Shown: positions 11,920-19,171 of the stretch, one piece after another
Layout: each line of letters starts with the position of its first letter
Numbering within the stretch: position 1 is the stretch's first letter
From: Microvirga sp.
GTDB lineage: Bacteria > Pseudomonadota > Alphaproteobacteria > Rhizobiales > Beijerinckiaceae
Reading direction: 5' to 3'
NCBI GenBank assembly: GCA_035944475.1
Contig: DASZBD010000025.1
Span: 864-64,863 of the forward strand
DNA length: 64,000 nucleotides
Position numbers and translations under genes: made by a program
Notes under the pieces: model-generated
The model's input: the letters and a program-made list of their open reading frames with translations, nothing else
Databases searched by the model: none
What the model was told of the DNA's origin: nothing

Positions 11920-12474
11920 ATGCGTTTCGGTTCGCTTGTGCTCGCTTTCATCGCTGGTGTTGTTGTCTCCGGCCCGATCCACAACCCGCCTACGGCCGGT
12001 CTCTTGGCTGATTTGAAGCAAGTATACCAAGATCACAGGATGATTACTTCCCATGATCCCGTCGTCACAGGACGCGAGATCGTGGCCTCCGACCGCGGCA
12101 TGACGCTCGATGCCCTCGGCAATCCGGTGGTGGCCCAGGCGCTGATCGCGGACGAGAAGGCTGCGCCCATCGTCCTCGCCGAGCTGCCGCCCGTGACCGT
12201 CAGCCCGGCCACCATCATCGTGTCCGAGCTCATGGAGCAGCTCGCCTACGACCTGCCCGCGACGCCGATGCCCGATCCGCTCGACCGCTGGGAGCCCGCC
12301 GCCGAGCAGGTCGCCGCCGACATGGAGGCCATCGTCGACCTCGCCACAGGCTCCATCGGCCCGCGCGAAATCCTGAAGCCCTACGTGCCGCACGAGGCCG
12401 AGGACGCTCTGACGAAGGGCATTGCCCACCCTTACGTTCAGCGCCATACCCTCAAGCTGCCGGGCCGGGTCTGA
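11920..12474 (+). CDS. Hypothetical protein with N-terminal signal/TM segment
   Basis: MRFGSLVLAFIAGVVV...; host-like codon use in the 3' part; no recognised domain. Confidence 0.65.
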   Translation: MRFGSLVLAFIAGVVVSGPIHNPPTAGLLADLKQVYQDHRMITSHDPVVTGREIVASDRGMTLDALGNPVVAQALIADEKAAPIVLAELPPVTVSPATIIVSELMEQLAYDLPATPMPDPLDRWEPAAEQVAADMEAIVDLATGSIGPREILKPYVPHEAEDALTKGIAHPYVQRHTLKLPGRV

Positions 12475-12550
12475 GCCGGGAGGCGGGGATCGCCCCCAGG
12501 GCCGCGCGGGCCCGGCGCGATCCCCCTCCCCGCCTCGCCGGCGGGCGGTG

Positions 12551-12588
12551 TGGGCCAAGGGACTGGGCCAAGGGACTGGGCCGAGGGG
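12551..12588 (+). repeat. 13-bp tandem repeat (TGGGCCAAGGGAC x2 plus one variant)
   Basis: TGGGCCAAGGGAC TGGGCCAAGGGAC TGGGCCGAGGGG read directly. Confidence 0.85.
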
Positions 12589-12604
12589 CCAGGAAGGGAC
12601 GTCG

Positions 12605-13009
12605 ATGGAGCAGAGGTCGGAGCCGCGGGGCGAGTTGACGGTGCGCACGATCGCCATGCCGGCGGACACCAACGCCAACGGCGACATCTTCGGCGGCTGG
12701 GTGATGAGCCAGATGGACCAGGCCGGCGGGATCGCCGGCGTGGAGCGGGCTCAAGGGAGAGTGGTCACCGTAGCGGTGGAGGCGATGCACTTCATCCATC
12801 CGGTGCGGGTCGGAGACGTGCTCTGCGTCTACACGCATGTCGAGCGCATCGGCCGCACCTCCATGACGATCCAGGTCGAGGCCTGGGCGACCCGCTTCCA
12901 GACCCGGTTCCGCGAGAAGGTGACGGACGCGACCTTCACCTTCGTGGCCATCGACCAGAACGGCCGCCCGCGCCCGATCCCGGCGGAGGATGCAGGCCGG
13001 GCGGGCTGA
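12605..13009 (+). CDS. Acyl-CoA thioesterase (YciA-type hotdog fold)
   Basis: AMPADTNANGDIFGGWVMSQMD, GRVVTVAV, GRTSMTI. Confidence 0.93.
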   Translation: MEQRSEPRGELTVRTIAMPADTNANGDIFGGWVMSQMDQAGGIAGVERAQGRVVTVAVEAMHFIHPVRVGDVLCVYTHVERIGRTSMTIQVEAWATRFQTRFREKVTDATFTFVAIDQNGRPRPIPAEDAGRAG

Positions 13010-13019
13010 GACGCCCGCC

Positions 13020-13445
13020 CTAGCGCAGCATCAGGCGGTCGAGCATGGGCCGCCGGTCTTCCGGCCAGGGCATCGGCTCCCGGGCGGGGTTCATGAGGAC
13101 GATGACGCCCTCCGTGGTCGCCACGCAGCGGCCGCCCGCCTGAAAGCTCTGGCCGAGGGTGAAGGAGGTCCGCCCGACCCGCAGGATGCCGGTGCCGATC
13201 TCGACCCGGCCGGGCCAGAAGAGCTCGGCCCGGAAGTCGATGGTCAGCCTTGCGACGACGAAGCTGCAGCCCTCGGGCGCCAGAGGCTGGACGGGATCGT
13301 ACAGGAACGCGACCCGCCCGATCTCCGAATAGGTGGCGAAGACCGCGTTGTTCACGTGGCCCTGCCGGTCGAGGTCCGCATAGCGGATCTCCGCAAAGGC
13401 GCGGTGCGGGTAGGCCTCAAGGGGCAGGGGCTCGGTGCGGGTCAT
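13020..13445 (-). CDS. Acyl-CoA thioesterase (4HBT/YbgC-FadM family)
   Basis: IRYADLDRQGHVNNAVF..Y.E.GR. Confidence 0.92.
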   Translation of the reverse strand: MTRTEPLPLEAYPHRAFAEIRYADLDRQGHVNNAVFATYSEIGRVAFLYDPVQPLAPEGCSFVVARLTIDFRAELFWPGRVEIGTGILRVGRTSFTLGQSFQAGGRCVATTEGVIVLMNPAREPMPWPEDRRPMLDRLMLR

Positions 13446-13510
13446 CGGCCGGGGGGCTTGAATTGGGGATCTTGGGCTGGGCGGTCGGGCCCTGTGGGCG
13501 GGCCGACATG

Positions 13511-13526
13511 GTTAACCCGGCCTTAA
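13511..13526. promoter_or_regulatory. CtrA-type binding site
   Basis: Minus strand reads TTAA-GGCCGGG-TTAAC(CAT), matching TTAA-N7-TTAAC; intergenic. Confidence 0.7.
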
Positions 13527-13622
13527 GGCCCTTGGGGCATCGTGCCAAGAGTGCCCGCCCGGTTCGGCCGCTCCTGGAGCCGAAGGCGGCGGGACGACAA
13601 CGGTGGACGAGCCGGCGCCCCC

Positions 13623-14711
13623 ATGAGCTACAGCGTTCAGCCCCTCGCTTACGACCCGCCGCAGGACCGGACCTCCGACGAGGGCCTGCGCAAGACCCTG
13701 CGCAACATCCCGCTTCTGCCGGCGCCGGCGAATCTCGACGACCTCCTCGCCCGGCTCGACGCCGAGGCCGATGCCCTGCGCTCTCCGGCTCTCGCGGCGA
13801 TGATCTCGGATGCCCGCGCGCCGGACCTGCCGGTGCATTGGGAGGACGAGGAGGAGGACGCGCCCTTCTTCCCGCCGGCTACCTCCGCCGCAAACACCAA
13901 TGCGCTCGGGGTCAGGCGCCGCCCCCTGCGACTCCGGCCGCGCCGGCTCCTCGCCCTTGCGGGCGCGGTCGGCACCGCCCTTTACGTGCTGGCCCAGACC
14001 CTCGCGCCGGATGCGGTGCAGCCGGTCCTGCCCGATCCCGTCCTGCCGCTCCCGGACCTCGCCGTCACGGCGCTCAGGGCCCCCACCATCGTCGCGCCCT
14101 CCCTCGAGGCCGCCCTCGTTCTGCCCGAGCCCGCTTCCGTCATCTTCACCATCCCGGTCGAGCCGGCGCCGCTCCCGGCCGCCCTCGCCGAACCCGCGCC
14201 CGGCGCGCTCGCCCCCGCTGAGGCCGCTCCCGAGCCGGCGAGCGCCGCCGAGGCCGAGGAGGAGACCGCCGCCGGCGAGACGGCCGGGGATCTCGGCGAA
14301 GGCGTCGATCAAGACGTTGCGGGAGAGGCCGCTCAGGATTCTGCGGCGGAAGACGAGGGGGCGACGGAGGAGGCCGCCGACGCGGCGCCGCTGCCGCCGA
14401 GCCGTCCGGCGGGCTTGAGGGCTCCCACCTTCCGGGGCGTCTGGGCGGTGAACGCTCGCGCCTGCACCCCCGCCATGCAGCGGGAGGGCGCGCTGCCGGC
14501 GGACATCTCCGCCACCCGCGCCCGGGCCGGCAACACCACCTGCACGTTCAAGCGGGTCGCTCAGCGTGGCAACGGCTGGACTATCACCGCCGAATGCTCG
14601 AACGGCCGCTCGTCCTGGAAGTCCACGGTGCGCCTCACCCTCAAGAACGGGCGCCTCGTCTGGTCGAGCCGTCGGGGAACGGTCTCCTACGTGCGCTGCT
14701 CCGGCCCTTGA
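13623..14711 (+). CDS. Hypothetical membrane-anchored protein with Pro/Ala/Glu linker and 4-Cys C-terminal domain
   Basis: TM LLALAGAVGTALYVLA; C-terminal FRGVWA...C...C...C...YVRC. Confidence 0.7.
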   Translation: MSYSVQPLAYDPPQDRTSDEGLRKTLRNIPLLPAPANLDDLLARLDAEADALRSPALAAMISDARAPDLPVHWEDEEEDAPFFPPATSAANTNALGVRRRPLRLRPRRLLALAGAVGTALYVLAQTLAPDAVQPVLPDPVLPLPDLAVTALRAPTIVAPSLEAALVLPEPASVIFTIPVEPAPLPAALAEPAPGALAPAEAAPEPASAAEAEEETAAGETAGDLGEGVDQDVAGEAAQDSAAEDEGATEEAADAAPLPPSRPAGLRAPTFRGVWAVNARACTPAMQREGALPADISATRARAGNTTCTFKRVAQRGNGWTITAECSNGRSSWKSTVRLTLKNGRLVWSSRRGTVSYVRCSGP

Positions 14712-14726
14712 GGCGACGCCGAGGCC

Positions 14727-15011
14727 CTAGTGCTTCGACCACTGGGCCGCGAAGAGAAGGTCCTGCAGGGCGCTGCGCACGGCGCCGAGGCCGCCCGACC
14801 GGGCCCGCGCGCGGGCCGCATCGCGGGTGGCGAGGCGATGGACCACGTCGTCGAAGGCGCTCGGCAGGGCCGGGTCGCCGAGATAGGCGGGCTTCGCTTC
14901 CGTCTCGCGGTAGGTCGCGCGCAATTGCTGGCCAAGATGCTCCTGCACCGGACGCGGGAGAGGAGCCTGGTTGGAACGGCTCTTCGAAACAGGATCGCGA
15001 CGAACGGTCAT
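14727..15011 (-). CDS. Small protein with NepR-like anti-sigma motif
   Basis: VQEHLGQQLRATY...P..FDDVVHRL resembles the NepR core (IG.QLR..Y......P.RF..LL..L); AAAGGGGG RBS. Confidence 0.6.
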   Translation of the reverse strand: MTVRRDPVSKSRSNQAPLPRPVQEHLGQQLRATYRETEAKPAYLGDPALPSAFDDVVHRLATRDAARARARSGGLGAVRSALQDLLFAAQWSKH

Positions 15012-15040
15012 GATGTGAATGCCCCCCTTAATCTACGCAC

Positions 15041-15066
15041 AACGCAAGCATAGGGTCACGGGTTCA
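15041..15066 (-). promoter_or_regulatory. Putative sigma-EcfG-type promoter of the NepR-like gene
   Basis: TGAAC-N17-CGTT ending about 30 nt before ATG 15011. Confidence 0.5.
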
Positions 15067-15149
15067 ACCCGATCCCGTCCACTTTTCGTCGCATTTCCGT
15101 AAGGGCAGGCACGGCGCCGTCCCGCATCGGCCGGATGCGACGCAGGCCG

Positions 15150-15455
15150 TCAGGCCTGCGCCCCGAGATCCTGGATCGACATCTTGACCCGCGCCAGCCC
15201 CTCGGCCGTGAGCGGGTCCACGCGGATGATGTGATAGCCGCCCGCGGAGGCGCGCTTGGAGAAGACGAGGCGCACATAGCCTCCCGTGCGCAGGGGCAGG
15301 AAGAACAGGCCATCGGTTTCGCCGGCGAGAAAGCAGCGCAGCCCGATATAGAAGCTCTCCTCGTAACCCTTCGCCGCCCGGCGAATGGCCGGATGTATGA
15401 CGAGCGTCGTCCGCTTGCTGTCGCAGACCTCTTCCACTGCCTCGAAACTCAGCAC
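15150..15455 (-). CDS. Hypothetical protein
   Basis: GTG start LSFEAVEEVCDSKRTTLVIHPAIRRAAKGYEESFYIGLRCFL; globular composition. Confidence 0.7.
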   Translation of the reverse strand: MLSFEAVEEVCDSKRTTLVIHPAIRRAAKGYEESFYIGLRCFLAGETDGLFFLPLRTGGYVRLVFSKRASAGGYHIIRVDPLTAEGLARVKMSIQDLGAQA

Positions 15456-15501
15456 TGCCGAACCCCATCCGTGAAAAGCCCTGCCGGGCCGCCATGGGTT
15501 C

Positions 15502-15526
15502 AACCCCGCTGGCGGGGAACGGTTCG
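15502..15526 (-). promoter_or_regulatory. Putative sigma-EcfG-type promoter
   Basis: CGAAC-N16-GGTT upstream of the 15455 gene. Confidence 0.4.
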
Positions 15527-15570
15527 CCAGCTCCGATGCGTCACCGGTGTTGCGCTCAAGCCGCGGACGT

Positions 15571-15595
15571 GGAACGTCTCACGCGGCGCGTGGTT
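15571..15595 (+). promoter_or_regulatory. Putative sigma-EcfG-type promoter
   Basis: GGAAC-N16-GGTT ending about 30 nt before ATG 15627. Confidence 0.55.
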
Positions 15596-15626
15596 GTTCG
15601 AAGCGTGACCATGGGAGTGGACCATC

Positions 15627-16256
15627 ATGGCAAGAGCAGCGAAAAAGACATCGAAGACAGCATCTAAGACCGCCTCAAAGACGGCCTCCAAGACGGCTTC
15701 CAAGACAACATCCAAATCGGCCTCGAAGACGACGTCCAAGGCTCCGGCGAAGAAGGCGCCAGCAAAAGCGCAGGCCCCCGCGAAGGGCCGCGGCGCCGCG
15801 AAGGCTCAAGGCCGGCCCGCGCCGCGCAAAGCGGCGCCCGCGAAGACGAGCGCCAAGGCCGGAGGCGCCCAGAAGCGGGGCGCGGCGAAGGCCCAGCGCC
15901 GGCCGTCCGCCGATGCGGCGCAGAGCTGGTTCGGCGCCCTCAATACCCTCGTGGCCTCGGGCCCGGGCCGCGAGATCATCGCCGAAGTGCTCGAAGCGGC
16001 GGCCGCAGCCTTGCGCCGGCAGCGGGAGAGCATGACGGAGGCGATGGAAGCCGGCGCCGAGCAGGTGTCGAACGCGACCGAGGCCGCCGCCGACGTCGCA
16101 ACCGAGATGGCGCGCGGCACGGTCGAACTCGCGCAGACCGCCGCCTCGGTGCTCGCCGACGTGGTGACGGACGCGGCGCGGACGGTGATCCCGGGCGGCA
16201 ACGACGACCGGCGCTCGGACGACGGGCGCGAAGATCGGACCGGCGAGGATCGGTAG
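15627..16256 (+). CDS. Histone H1-like Lys/Ala-rich protein with KTAS repeats and acidic helical C-terminus
   Basis: KTSKTASKTASKTASKTASKTTSKSASKTTSKAPAKK; GGGAG RBS. Confidence 0.8.
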   Translation: MARAAKKTSKTASKTASKTASKTASKTTSKSASKTTSKAPAKKAPAKAQAPAKGRGAAKAQGRPAPRKAAPAKTSAKAGGAQKRGAAKAQRRPSADAAQSWFGALNTLVASGPGREIIAEVLEAAAAALRRQRESMTEAMEAGAEQVSNATEAAADVATEMARGTVELAQTAASVLADVVTDAARTVIPGGNDDRRSDDGREDRTGEDR

Positions 16257-16285
16257 ACCCCGACGGGTAGCCCCGAGGGGCGGGT

Positions 16286-17155
16286 TCAGTCCTTCCCGTT
16301 CCCGCCCTTGTCGCCGCCGCCCCGGTCGCCGCCTCTGTCACCACCCCTGCCGCCCCCGGGCCCGTCGGCGCCGCCCTTGTCGCTGCCGCCCTCCGGGCCG
16401 CCGCGGCCGCCTCCGTTGCCTCCCCGGTCGCCCCTGCCGTCCGACCCTTCGGAGGCCCGCCCGTCGGCGCCCCGGGCATTCGATCCCGGTCCCTCGGGGC
16501 CGCGGGCGGCCGCAGCACCGCCCCCGCGGCCCGGCACCTCGCCGCCGGCGCCGGCCCGGCCCTGACCCGGTCCGCTCCCTTCGGCGCCGGGCGGAGCGGC
16601 GTCCCCGCGAGAGATCTGCAGCCCGCCGCCGCCTGCCGCCGCCGTCGCGCGCTGGCCCGTTCCGAGATCCCGGGATTGCCAGGTGCCGTTCGGCGTCACG
16701 TCCGCGCGGCCGCTCCTCACCTGCACGCTCGCGTCGCGGCGCGACACGTCGACCGTCAGGCGGGCGCCGCTCACGGTGGTGGACAGGAACGGCGTCTCGA
16801 TGGTGAGGCCGCGGCGTCCGCGCTCCACCTCCACCTCGACCTGCCCGACCTGCTGCACGATGGTGCTCGCCCCAAACCAGGATTGCCGGGCCGTCACCAC
16901 GGTGCCGGGGCCGATCTGGAGGGAGCCCGTGCTGCCCTCGAGCCGCACGCGGCCGTTCTGGGCGGTCGAGAGGGTCTGGCCGCTCGGCAGCTTCATGCCG
17001 GGCGTCGCGGCCCGCGGCGGCGTGCCGGGAACGGTGATCCAGGCCTGCCCGGTGATGCGTCCGACCGTCCAGTCGGCGGCCTCGGCCGGACCGGCGGCGA
17101 CGAGCGCCGCCGCGAGCCCCAGGGCCTGCGCAAGGGCGCGCGCCGCCCGGGTCAC
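16286..17155 (-). CDS. Secreted FecR-domain protein with Gly-rich C-terminal tail
   Basis: Signal peptide ending AEA-ADWTV, ..TLSTAQNGRVRL.., IETPF, VQVRSGRADV; GTG overlaps cyclase stop. Confidence 0.75.
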   Translation of the reverse strand: MTRAARALAQALGLAAALVAAGPAEAADWTVGRITGQAWITVPGTPPRAATPGMKLPSGQTLSTAQNGRVRLEGSTGSLQIGPGTVVTARQSWFGASTIVQQVGQVEVEVERGRRGLTIETPFLSTTVSGARLTVDVSRRDASVQVRSGRADVTPNGTWQSRDLGTGQRATAAAGGGGLQISRGDAAPPGAEGSGPGQGRAGAGGEVPGRGGGAAAARGPEGPGSNARGADGRASEGSDGRGDRGGNGGGRGGPEGGSDKGGADGPGGGRGGDRGGDRGGGDKGGNGKD

Positions 17156-19170
17156 GAAGCGAGCCTGCGGGCTTCGGGCGCCGCGTCGTCGAGGCGCGCC
17201 AGCATCTTGTCGTAATAGCCCGCCAGGGACGGCTCGAGCCGCCGGCAGACATCGGCGAGCGCCATCGCCTCCATCCGGCTGCCGGCGTGAAGGCTCGCCA
17301 GGAACCGGGGCTGCAGACCGGCGAGCTCCGCGAGGGCGGGCTCGGCCCGGCGCGCGGCGGGCGCCACGATGGTGTGGATCGGCGTGGCTTCGGTCTTGCC
17401 CCGGACCGCCACGCGGTCGAGTTCGACCGTGACGTGATGCTCGCGGATGCGCTCGGCGGTCTCGGGGCCGAGGATCACCGAGACGCCGTATTCCTTCGAG
17501 AGGCCTTCGAGGCGCGAGGCGTGGTTCACGGTGTCGCCCAGCACGGAATAGTCGTAGCGCCAGCGCGAGCCCACATTGCCGACGACGCAATCGCCCGTGT
17601 TGATGCCGACGCCGACCGCGAAGCGCGCCTCGATGGCGCCGCCGCTCTCCTCGCGCAGTTCCTCGTTGAGGCGCTCCACCGCGGCGATCATGCCGAGCGC
17701 GGCGCGCGCGGCGCGCTCGGCATGGTCCGGGGCGGGCAGGGGCGCGTTCCAGAACGCCATCACGCAATCGCCCATGTACTTGTCGATGGTGCCGCCCTCC
17801 GCCATCACGGCGCCCGACAGGGCGTCGAGCAGGCGGTTGATGAGGGCGGTCAGCTGCTCGGGCTCGTTCTTCAGCCGCTCCGACAGGGTGGTGAAGCCCC
17901 GCACGTCGCAGAACAGGACCGTGAGGTTCCGGCGCTCGCCGCCGAGCCGCAGGGACGAGGGATCGCGCGCGAGCTCCGCCACGAGATCGGGCGAGAGGTA
18001 GCGCGAGAAGGCTTCCGACACCTGCCGCCGGAGTCGGCGCTCCGCCGCGAAATCGAGCCCCGCCCGGGCGCCGAACACCGTGAGGACCGCAGCGACCGGC
18101 CCGGCGGGGGGCGCCCACAGGCGGCCGTAGCGCAGGAGGAGCCAGGCCCCGCCGACGAGCACCGCCACGGAGGCCGCGGCCGCGACGGCGCTGCGCCAGG
18201 TGGTGCGGCGGCCCGCGAGCCCTCCCGCGAGGAGCGCGGCGGCCAGGACGATCCCGGCCATCGCGGGGGCGGACAGGGGCACCACGAAGAGCCCGTGCCG
18301 GAGGTTGTCGAGCACCGTCGCCTGCACCTCGACGCCCGCCGTCAGGGTTTCGGTGGCGAGGGTGTAGGGCGTCGGGAAGGTATCGGGGGAGCCGCTGCCG
18401 GCGGAGGGCGGGGCCTGCAGGCTGAGGCCCACGAGGACGATCTGGTCCTTGAACCGGCCCGGCGGCAGGAAGGCGTCGGGGTCGAGCGCCTGATAGTACG
18501 ACACCGTGGGGTAGCTGCGCGGCGGCCCGAAATACTGGATGAGCGCTCCGGGCGGCGGCGCCGCCACGGGCTCGCCGGCCCGGCGCAGGATCTCGGCGGC
18601 GAAGCCCTCGGCGGTCTCGGGCATGCGCCTCAGATAGGCGTCGGGGTCGAGGGCGACGGCGGTGACGCCCGGCGCCGCGCCGGCATCGAGCAGCGGATCG
18701 ATGGGGTTCACCCGCGTGGTCTGGACGCCCTGGTCGAGCTGGGTCGTGACCACGTCGGCGGCGAGCACGGTGTCGGCCCCGACGGCGGCGGCGAGGGCCC
18801 CGTCGGCCGCTTCCGTCGAGGGCTCGGCGAAGATGATGTCGAGCCCGATCACCCGGGCGCCCGCCGCCCGCAGCTTGCCGACGAGCTCCGCATGCAGGCT
18901 CCGCGGCCAGGGCCAGCGCTGGCCGATCTCCTGGAAGGAGGGCTCGTCGATGGTGACGATCACCGCGCCCGGCTGCGGCGGGCGGGCGGGCTCGATCGTC
19001 GAGAGGATGTCGAAGAGGCGCGCCTCCAGAAGGCGCACGGGCTGGGTGAACAGGAGCGGCGCGACGAGCGCTGCGGCGAGGCCGCCGATGGCGAGGTTGC
19101 GCCAGCGCGGCGCCGCCGCGTCCCGGACCTTCGGGCCGCGCGGCGGGGGAGCCGCGCCGTCCCGTTCCAC
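17152..19170 (-). CDS. CHASE2-domain membrane adenylate cyclase (class III, CyaK-like)
   Basis: IDE.S...GQRWPWPRSLHA, GLDIIFAEP, GVEVQA (CHASE2); three TMs; FCDVRGFT, DKYMGD, YSVLGDTVNHASRLEG. Confidence 0.93.
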   Translation of the reverse strand: MERDGAAPPPRGPKVRDAAAPRWRNLAIGGLAAALVAPLLFTQPVRLLEARLFDILSTIEPARPPQPGAVIVTIDEPSFQEIGQRWPWPRSLHAELVGKLRAAGARVIGLDIIFAEPSTEAADGALAAAVGADTVLAADVVTTQLDQGVQTTRVNPIDPLLDAGAAPGVTAVALDPDAYLRRMPETAEGFAAEILRRAGEPVAAPPPGALIQYFGPPRSYPTVSYYQALDPDAFLPPGRFKDQIVLVGLSLQAPPSAGSGSPDTFPTPYTLATETLTAGVEVQATVLDNLRHGLFVVPLSAPAMAGIVLAAALLAGGLAGRRTTWRSAVAAAASVAVLVGGAWLLLRYGRLWAPPAGPVAAVLTVFGARAGLDFAAERRLRRQVSEAFSRYLSPDLVAELARDPSSLRLGGERRNLTVLFCDVRGFTTLSERLKNEPEQLTALINRLLDALSGAVMAEGGTIDKYMGDCVMAFWNAPLPAPDHAERAARAALGMIAAVERLNEELREESGGAIEARFAVGVGINTGDCVVGNVGSRWRYDYSVLGDTVNHASRLEGLSKEYGVSVILGPETAERIREHHVTVELDRVAVRGKTEATPIHTIVAPAARRAEPALAELAGLQPRFLASLHAGSRMEAMALADVCRRLEPSLAGYYDKMLARLDDAAPEARRLAS

Positions 19171-19171
19171 G

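Noticed and set aside
11540-16256. Integrated island at tRNA-Thr
   Set aside because: No integrase and no duplicated tRNA 3' end found; downstream genes mostly have host-like composition
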